64,000 nt of DNA from Myxococcota bacterium (GTDB taxonomy: Bacteria > Myxococcota_A > UBA9042 > PHBI01 > JAWLBL01): positions 32,001 through 96,000 of the forward strand of contig JAWLBL010000022.1 of assembly GCA_041687695.1 (NCBI GenBank). Reading direction: 5' to 3'. A model generated the notes under the pieces. The model had not been told where the DNA came from, ran no database searches, and saw only the letters and a list, made by a program, of their open reading frames with translations. Position numbers and translations under genes: made by a program. Shown piece after piece: positions 57,155 to 64,000 of this stretch (position 1 is the first letter of the stretch; the number at the start of each line of letters is the position of its first letter).

Positions 57155-59716
57155 CTAGTTGGGTGCTCCGCCGGTCACCCAGGCCTCGAGCAGCTCGTGC
57201 TGCTGCGCGCTCAGGCTGAAGGGCGAGCCCATCGGCATCGACCCCTCTTCGACCCGGCTGAGCATGCACTCGGCCACGGTCTTGCCGGGGCAGACGTTCG
57301 AGGCCTTCTGCGTGTCCGAGTAGTGGCTGACGAAGCAGGCCCCGCCCGAGCACGTGCCGGCGGTGTTGCCCTTGTGGCAGGGCACGCAGCTGACCTCGAG
57401 CACCTCGGCCTGGACCTCGGCGTAGGTCGGGACCGCCGGCGCGCACGCGCTGTCGTCGTGCTGGCAGCCCAGCTCGGCGTCGCACGAGTCCACCGTGCAG
57501 GCGATCCCGTCGTCGCAGTCCAGCGCCGTCCCAGCCTCGCAGCCCGTGGCCGGGTCGCAGGACTCGGCGCCGTTGCAGGCGTCGTCATCGTCACAGACCA
57601 GCGCCGTCCCCGCCTGGCAACCCGTGGCCGGGTCGCAGGACTCGGCGCCGTTGCAGGCGTCGCCGTCGTCGCAGTCCAGCGCCGTCCCCGCCTCGCAGCC
57701 CGTCGCCGGGTCGCAGGTCTCGGCGCCGTTGCAGGCGTCGCCGTCGTCGCAGACCAGCGCCGTCCCCGCCTGGCATCCCGTCGCCGGGTCGCAGGTCTCG
57801 GCGCCGTTGCACACGTCGCCGTCGTCGCAGGTGACCGCGTCCCCGGCCGCGCACGCGCCCGCCTGGCAGCTGTCCCCCTCGGTGCAGGCGTCCCCGTCGT
57901 CGCACGCCGTCCCGTCCAGCGGCGTCCACGCCTCGGCGGCCGTCTCCGGGACGCACGCCTCGCACGCGTTGTCCGGGTTCGTCGCCCCGCTGGGCACGCA
58001 CACCCCGTCGATGACGCACGTCGCCTCGACCGGCGGGTGCGCGCACGCCCCGTCCACGCACAGGTCCTGCGTGCACGCCTCGCCGTCGTCGCACACCATC
58101 GGCGCCCCGGCCACGCAGCCGGTCGCGCTGTCGCACGTCTCGACCCCGTTGCAGGCGTCCCCGTCGTCGCACTGGGCCGCCTGACCCGCCACGCAAGCCC
58201 CGGCGTCACACTGGTCGCCCTCGGTGCAGGCGTCGCCGTCGTCGCAGGCCGTCCCCGCCGCCGCCGGCGACCACGCGTCCGTCGCCACCGCCGGGTCGCA
58301 CACCTCGCACGGGTTGCCGGGGTTCGCCTCGCCCGCCGCGCGGCACTGCCCGGCGATGAGGCAGGTGTCCGCCACCAACGCCGAGAAGTCACACACCCCG
58401 CCGATGCACTGGTCCTGCGTGCAGGCGACCCCGTCGTCGCAGGCCTCGCCCCCCGGCGCGTCGCACCCCGGCGGCGCCTGGCACGTGCCCATGCCCTCGG
58501 GATCCCCCTCGCCGGCCAGGCACACCTCGCCGGCCGCCTGGCACCACCCCGCCACGCCCAGCACGCACGGGTCGCCGCTGGCCCCGAACACGCACAGCCC
58601 GAAGCTCGGGTCGTCCTTGGGGTTGTCCGGCGTCCCGTTGCCGTGCAGCGCGAAGGAGGCGCAGCCCATCCCCTCGCCGCAGTCGCCCGGCATCTTCTGG
58701 CACACCTGCGTGCAATAGCCGGCGATCCCGTCCTCGTCCAGGCCGCCCAGCAGGCACCGCCCCGAGAAGCAGTCGGACCCGTCGGCGCAAGCCTCGCCGA
58801 CCTGTCCCACCGCCGGCTCGCCCAGCACGCACCACGTCTGCGCCTTCAGCGTCGTCGGCTCGACGAAGACCTCGCAGATGTCGGACTCGCCGCACTTGTC
58901 CTGGCTGGTGCAGTAGTTCAAGCCACCCTGCAGCGGCTGGCACAGCCCGCCCCAGGCGCCGGCCGTCTCGCTGTCCTCCTCGGTGATGAAGCCGAAGCCG
59001 ACGCACAGGTGGCTCGCCGGGCAGTGCTTGTTCTGCGAGCAGTGCGCCGTGCAGGTCCCGGCGGTCCCTTCGCCCTCGCCCTGACACAAGAGCGACTTGC
59101 AGTCGCCGTCCGAGGCGCACGCCTCGCCCGCCGGCTCGCGGTCGCCGCCCGGGAAGCACAGCCCGTCCACCGTCTTGGTGCCGGTCAGCACGGCCGCCGC
59201 GCACACCGTGTTGGGCGCGATGGCCGCGCAGTCGGCGTCCGCGGTGCAGATGATGTCCTGGCCGGCGACCGGACCGGGCATGCAATAGATGATGTCGTCC
59301 GAGCAGCCCCAGACCGAGCCGAAGGGCGAGGCCGCGCTGACGTCGCCGCAGGCGTTGGGGATCAGCTGCCCGTCCTGCTGGCAGCGGCGCGTGCAGAAGC
59401 CCGCGAAGCACACCTGCTCCGGGTCCTGCAGGCAGTCCGAGTCGCCCTGGCAGGGCGAGCCCAGCTTGCCGTCGGGCGCCGGCGGGGTCACCTGGTCCGG
59501 CTGAGTGTCCTGCGGGTCGGGCACGTCGGCGGGCGGCTGCGAGTCCGGCCCGGGGTCGGGCGTCACGTCCGGCTCGCCCAGGTCACCTCCTCCCTCGTCG
59601 CCCTTGTGGGTGTCGACCAGCGTGTCGGACGACGCGTCGTCCGCCGGGGTCGAACCGCCCTCGTCGCCGCACGCGGCGAGCAGCAACAGACAACACGACA
59701 ACGTAGCCTTCCTCAC
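57155..59716 (-). CDS. Cys-rich repeat lipoprotein with C-terminal c-type cytochrome domain
   Basis: Lipobox LAAC; CDDG.AC...C repeats; C-terminal PTY..V...L..SCVPCH...MP....L......L.AWV.GGA. Confidence 0.82.
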   Translation of the reverse strand: MRKATLSCCLLLLAACGDEGGSTPADDASSDTLVDTHKGDEGGGDLGEPDVTPDPGPDSQPPADVPDPQDTQPDQVTPPAPDGKLGSPCQGDSDCLQDPEQVCFAGFCTRRCQQDGQLIPNACGDVSAASPFGSVWGCSDDIIYCMPGPVAGQDIICTADADCAAIAPNTVCAAAVLTGTKTVDGLCFPGGDREPAGEACASDGDCKSLLCQGEGEGTAGTCTAHCSQNKHCPASHLCVGFGFITEEDSETAGAWGGLCQPLQGGLNYCTSQDKCGESDICEVFVEPTTLKAQTWCVLGEPAVGQVGEACADGSDCFSGRCLLGGLDEDGIAGYCTQVCQKMPGDCGEGMGCASFALHGNGTPDNPKDDPSFGLCVFGASGDPCVLGVAGWCQAAGEVCLAGEGDPEGMGTCQAPPGCDAPGGEACDDGVACTQDQCIGGVCDFSALVADTCLIAGQCRAAGEANPGNPCEVCDPAVATDAWSPAAAGTACDDGDACTEGDQCDAGACVAGQAAQCDDGDACNGVETCDSATGCVAGAPMVCDDGEACTQDLCVDGACAHPPVEATCVIDGVCVPSGATNPDNACEACVPETAAEAWTPLDGTACDDGDACTEGDSCQAGACAAGDAVTCDDGDVCNGAETCDPATGCQAGTALVCDDGDACNGAETCDPATGCEAGTALDCDDGDACNGAESCDPATGCQAGTALVCDDDDACNGAESCDPATGCEAGTALDCDDGIACTVDSCDAELGCQHDDSACAPAVPTYAEVQAEVLEVSCVPCHKGNTAGTCSGGACFVSHYSDTQKASNVCPGKTVAECMLSRVEEGSMPMGSPFSLSAQQHELLEAWVTGGAPN
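57518..57829 (-). repeat. Coding tandem repeat, 4 x 78 bp (CDDGDACNGAETCDPATGCxAGTALx)
   Basis: Near-identical 26-aa units with alternating Q..V / E..D variants. Confidence 0.9.
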
Positions 59717-60020
59717 AGCAGACCTCGCGTATCAGGCGCCAGTGCGGGCCCGCGGCGCCCCCCACGCGGCGTCGCGTCCCTCCGTCTTCATCCCCAATGG
59801 CGGCATCGTGACGCAAGGCGGGTGTGGAATCCAGCCCACCCGGCGCCGATCCTCACAGCGCCGGTCCCGCCCGTCGGCCCGTCTCCCGCGACGCTGGCTG
59901 CGCTGACACCTCATTACCGCTCCTTGCCAACCCGGGACTTGGCCGCATAGCGTGCCTTTCGGGTTCCCTCTCCCCGCGCGGGGCGGGCGACGAGGACCGA
60001 CCTGGCAGCGAGGCGACGCC

Positions 60021-63000
60021 ATGGCCGACGACGTGATCGACGACAAGCCCCAAGCCCAGCCGACGCCCCCGGGCGGCGCGCCGCGCCCTCCCGCCCCGCC
60101 ATCGCGCCCCACGGTGACGACCCCGCCCGGCCCGCCGCCGCGCCCGCGCCCGATCACCGCCCCCCGCACGCCGCCGCCCGGCCCCACGCCGCCGCCGCCG
60201 CCGCGCCCCGCTACGCCGGCCGCCCGCCCGCCGACCGGGCCCGCGCTGCGCGCCACGCCGCCCCCGGCGCCCCCGCTGCCCCCGCCGACCGCCGATCGCG
60301 CTGGCGCCGCGGCCCGCGTGGGCCGCGCGAGCCACTTCCCGCGCCCGCCCTCGAGCCGCCCCGCGACCCCCATCGCGGGCGTGCGCCCCCCGCCGGGTGC
60401 CGCCGCCGCCTCGGCCGAGCCCCCCGACGTGTTCGCCCCCGTCGCCCAGGCGCTGGTCGCCGCCTGCGAGGCCGAGATCGGCGCCCGCCCCGATCCTACC
60501 TGGGACGCCCGGCTCAACGCCGGCATCGCCCGCCTGGCCGAGTGGCCGCTGGGCGACCCGCGCCTGGCCGCCGAGCACTTCCGCCGCGCCGGCCTGACCG
60601 CCCCCGAGCACCTGCCGACCCTGCACGGCGCGCGCCGGGTCATGTTCTCGCGGCGCACCTACGAGGCGGCCCTGCCGCACTTCGACGCCGAGATCCGGCT
60701 GACGGCCGATCCGCGCCGCAAGGCGGCCCTGACCCTGCTCAAGGCGCGCCTGCTCGAGGACGTGCTGGGGCGTCGCCCCGAGGCGCGCGAGGCCTACGTC
60801 GCCGCGCTCGACCTGGCCCGCGACGACCTGTCGGCCCTGAAGGCGCTCGAGCAGGCCGAGGCGGCGGGCGAGGCCTGGGACGCGCTGGGCCGGGTGCTCG
60901 AGCGCACCGCCGAGGCGGTCGCCGCCGACCCGCGCCATCGCGCCGCCCTGGAGATGCAGCGGGCGCGCCTGCTCGAGGCGCACGGCGGAGACCTCGAGCT
61001 GGCGGCCGAGCTGTACGAGAAGGCGCTGGAGCTGGACCCCGACAGCACCAACGCGCTGTCGAGCCTGAAGCGGCTGTACTTCGCGCAGCGGCGCTGGCGC
61101 GATCTGGTCCGCGTGCTGACGCGCCAGGCCGAGACGACCACCGACCCCGACGGGCGCGTGCTGGCCTGGTACCGCATCGGGCGCCTGCAGGCGGCGCGCC
61201 TGGGCAACCGCGCCGAGGGCATCGCCGCGCTCGAGCGCGCGGTCGCGCTGGCGCCCGACGACCCGCTGGTCCTCGAAGAGCTGGCGGGTCTGTACGAGGC
61301 CGCCGGTCGCCACGAGCCGCTGGTCGCGGTGCTCGAGCGCCTGCTGCCGGCGCGGCACGAGCGCGGCGAGCGGCTGGGCCTGCTGCACCGCATCGGCCAG
61401 CTGAGCGAGCGCCTGGGTCGCGAGGACGCCGCGCTGGCGCGCTACGAAGAGGCGCTGGCCCTCGACGCAGCCTTCGTCCCGGTGCTGCAGGCGCTGGGCA
61501 AGCTGTACACGCGCCGCGCCGCCTGGGACCGCCTGGTCGCCATGCACCTGGGCGAGGCCGGCGCGGTCGAGGACGCCGGCCGCCGCGCCGCCGCCTACGC
61601 CCGCGTCGCCGAGATCTGCGAGGCGCGCCTCGACCGCCCCGACGAGGCGGTCGAGCACTACGCGCGCGCCCTGCAGGTCGCCCCCGACTACCAGCCGGCC
61701 TTCAAGGCGCTGACCCGCCTGCTGCCCGCGCTCGGCCGCCACACCGAGCTGGTCGCGCTCTACGAGGCCGCCATCACGCGCGCCCCGGACGCCGAGCGGG
61801 CCATCGCCTTCCTCTTCAAGATCGGCGCCCTGCACGAGGACGCGCTGGACGCGCCCGATCAGGCGGTCGCCGCCTACCGCCGCATCCTGAAGCTGGCCCC
61901 CAACCACCTGGGCGCGCTGCACGCCCTGCAGCGCGCCGCCGAGCGGGCCCAGCGCTGGGAGGAGCTGGTCGAGGCGCTCGAGCTCGAGGCGGCCGTCAGC
62001 CAGGACGCGACCCACATCGTCGCCCTGGTCCACCGCGCCGGCGAGGTGCTCGACGAGAAGCTGCGCGACGCCGACCGGGCGCTGGTCCGCTACCGGCGCG
62101 TGCTGGAGCTCGACCCGACCTACGCGCCGGCGCTGCGCAGCCTGGGCCGCTTCTACTACGGCAACGGGCGCTGGGACGATCTGCTCGAGATGTACCGGCG
62201 CGAGCTCGAGGCCATCGGGGCCGGGCCGGGGGCGGTCGCCCTGCTGGTCAAGATGGGCGAGCTGTGCGAGGCGCCCATCGGGCGGCTGGACGAGGCGACG
62301 ACCTATTACCGGCGCGCCGTCGAGCTGTCGCCCGGCCACCCGGCGGCCGTGCGCGCCCTGACGCGGGTGCTGCGCGAGCGGGGCGAGTGGCGCGAGCTGA
62401 CCGAGGTGCTCGAGGTCGAGCTGGCGGGCATCACCGAGCCGAAGGCCCGCGCGCTGGCCGCCTTCCGGCTGGGCACCGTCTACGAGGAGCAGCTGCAGGA
62501 CCCGGCCAAGGCCATCGCGGCCTACCAGATCGCGCTGCAGGCCAACCCGGCGCACCGGCCGGCCCTGGACGGCCTGGCCCGGCTGCGCGACGCGACGCGC
62601 GCGTGGAAGGACCTTTTGGGAGACCTGGGGACGCTGGCCGAGGCGCTGGTGGACCCGCGCGACCGGCGGACGGCCCTGCTGCGACAGGGCGAGATCTACC
62701 GGGACGAGCTGGGCGACGCGCGCCGGGCGACGGCCTGCTACGAGGCCGTGCTGGCCCAGCACCCCGACCACTTCCCGTCGCTGCTGGCGCTCGAGGGGCT
62801 GTATCGACAGATCCACGACTGGGACCTGCTGGCCGGCGTGTACCGCAAGCAGCGCGAGCTGTTCACCGCGCCCGACGCGCAGTTGGCCGCGCTGCGCGAG
62901 CTGGCGCGCCTGGCCGAGACGCGAGGGGCGGCCGTGCCCGACCTGCGGGCCGTCTACGAGGATCTGCTGACCCTGGTGCCGGGCGACCCTGCGGCCCTGT

Positions 63001-64000
63001 GGGCGCTCGAGCAGCAGGCCCTGGGGGCCCGCGACCGCGTGCTGCTGGCCCGGGTCGACCGGGGGCTCATCGCGGCGGCGGCCGACCCCGCCGTGCGCGC
63101 CGCCCACCGCATCCGGCTGGGCGAGACGCTCGAGGTGCTCGCGGCCGCGCCCGCGCCAGCCGGCGACGCGGCCGGCGACCCGACCGCCGCCTCGTCCCCC
63201 GGCGCGACCTTCGAGGAGGCCCTGGCCGCCTTCCGCGCCGCCCTCGAGGACGACCCCGACGACCTCGCCGCCGTGCGCGGGCAGGGGCGCGTCGCCGAGC
63301 GGCTGGACGACGCGGCCGCCCTGGCCGACGCCTGCCGCCGCGAGGCGCGCCTCGTGCGGGACGTCGGCCGCTCCGCCGACCTGCTGGTGCGCAGCGCCGA
63401 GCTGCACGCCGGTCTGGGCCGCGTGGCCGATGCCGTCGACGACGTCGACCGCGCCCTCGAGCTGGTGCCCGACCACGCCCCGGCCGCCGAGGCCCTGACG
63501 CGTCTGCTCACGCTCGAGGCGCAGCCGGAGCGGCTGGCCGAGCGGCTGGCGCGCGCGGCCAACGCCGGCGCGCAGACCGAGCGCAAGGTCGCGCTGTGGC
63601 ACCAGGTCGCCGCCTTGCAGGCCGACGCGCTGGGCGACCTCACCGCCGCGCTGCGCGCGATGAACGGCGCGCTGGCGCTGGCGCCGGACGACGTGCCGAC
63701 GCTGCTGGTCTACGCGGCCTACTGCGAGCGCGACGGCCAGTGGAGCGAGGCCATCGGCACGCTTTCGAAGGTGGCGCGGCTGGCGACCGACAAGCCGCTG
63801 GTGCAGGCGACGCGCCTGCGGGTCGCGACGCTGCTGTTCGAGCGGCTGGGCGACGGCGACCGGGCGCTGCCTCATCTAAAGGACCTGCTGGCCGCCGAGC
63901 CGGGGCACCGCGAGGGGCTGTCGCTGCTCATCGAGCTGCAGGTCGGCAGGCGCGATCTCGCGGCGGCGGCCGAGACGGCGCGCGGGTGGCTGGGGGTGGT
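60021..64000 (+). CDS. Giant TPR-repeat protein with Pro-rich N-terminus (partial; runs off window end)
   Basis: Not in ORF track; ATG 60021 MADDVIDDKPQ, Pro-rich stretch, then repeated A...Y..AL..DP....AL..L.RL...RW..L motifs; no stop seen. Confidence 0.88.
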   Translation, partial: MADDVIDDKPQAQPTPPGGAPRPPAPPSRPTVTTPPGPPPRPRPITAPRTPPPGPTPPPPPRPATPAARPPTGPALRATPPPAPPLPPPTADRAGAAARVGRASHFPRPPSSRPATPIAGVRPPPGAAAASAEPPDVFAPVAQALVAACEAEIGARPDPTWDARLNAGIARLAEWPLGDPRLAAEHFRRAGLTAPEHLPTLHGARRVMFSRRTYEAALPHFDAEIRLTADPRRKAALTLLKARLLEDVLGRRPEAREAYVAALDLARDDLSALKALEQAEAAGEAWDALGRVLERTAEAVAADPRHRAALEMQRARLLEAHGGDLELAAELYEKALELDPDSTNALSSLKRLYFAQRRWRDLVRVLTRQAETTTDPDGRVLAWYRIGRLQAARLGNRAEGIAALERAVALAPDDPLVLEELAGLYEAAGRHEPLVAVLERLLPARHERGERLGLLHRIGQLSERLGREDAALARYEEALALDAAFVPVLQALGKLYTRRAAWDRLVAMHLGEAGAVEDAGRRAAAYARVAEICEARLDRPDEAVEHYARALQVAPDYQPAFKALTRLLPALGRHTELVALYEAAITRAPDAERAIAFLFKIGALHEDALDAPDQAVAAYRRILKLAPNHLGALHALQRAAERAQRWEELVEALELEAAVSQDATHIVALVHRAGEVLDEKLRDADRALVRYRRVLELDPTYAPALRSLGRFYYGNGRWDDLLEMYRRELEAIGAGPGAVALLVKMGELCEAPIGRLDEATTYYRRAVELSPGHPAAVRALTRVLRERGEWRELTEVLEVELAGITEPKARALAAFRLGTVYEEQLQDPAKAIAAYQIALQANPAHRPALDGLARLRDATRAWKDLLGDLGTLAEALVDPRDRRTALLRQGEIYRDELGDARRATACYEAVLAQHPDHFPSLLALEGLYRQIHDWDLLAGVYRKQRELFTAPDAQLAALRELARLAETRGAAVPDLRAVYEDLLTLVPGDPAALWALEQQALGARDRVLLARVDRGLIAAAADPAVRAAHRIRLGETLEVLAAAPAPAGDAAGDPTAASSPGATFEEALAAFRAALEDDPDDLAAVRGQGRVAERLDDAAALADACRREARLVRDVGRSADLLVRSAELHAGLGRVADAVDDVDRALELVPDHAPAAEALTRLLTLEAQPERLAERLARAANAGAQTERKVALWHQVAALQADALGDLTAALRAMNGALALAPDDVPTLLVYAAYCERDGQWSEAIGTLSKVARLATDKPLVQATRLRVATLLFERLGDGDRALPHLKDLLAAEPGHREGLSLLIELQVGRRDLAAAAETARGWLGV

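Noticed and set aside
59853..63875. 1340-aa minus-strand ORF, and similar long antisense ORFs (7160-9190, 16560-19442, 25705-29505, 52695-56051, 57134-59950)
   Set aside because: Shadow ORFs opposite well-supported genes; stop codons are scarce in very GC-rich DNA and the translations have no motifs.

Overview
Very GC-rich bacterial DNA. The gene content (Cys-rich surface lipoproteins, a kinase-ATPase-TPR protein, a giant TPR protein, fused ccoNO) suggests a Myxococcota-like organism; this is an inference. The window holds a cbb3 oxidase locus split into two blocks (hemN-ccoS-ccoNO-ccoQ-ccoP and ccoG-ccoH-dsbD2-ccoI). It also has a cNOR cluster (norCBQD-Rrf2-ywiC) with three near-consensus sigma-54 promoters, a REP-associated tyrosine transposase with a tandem REP array, a MocR/PNPOx-like divergon and many secreted Cys-rich proteins. 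Two signals stand out. (1) Two otherwise unrelated cysteine-protease proteins about 13 kb apart, a DUF4157/eCIS-type protein with a caspase-like His/Cys pair and a calpain-like protease, share the N-terminal motif LAGKxYAEQxxALSP at residues 31-45 in both, suggesting a common cargo or export leader. (2) At 47.0-52.5 kb an ancestral intergenic module (gene 3' end, 41-bp double-hairpin tandem array, ~200-bp element) is reiterated, and unrelated genes sit between the copies like cassettes. All calls are from motif reading only; no database searches were run.
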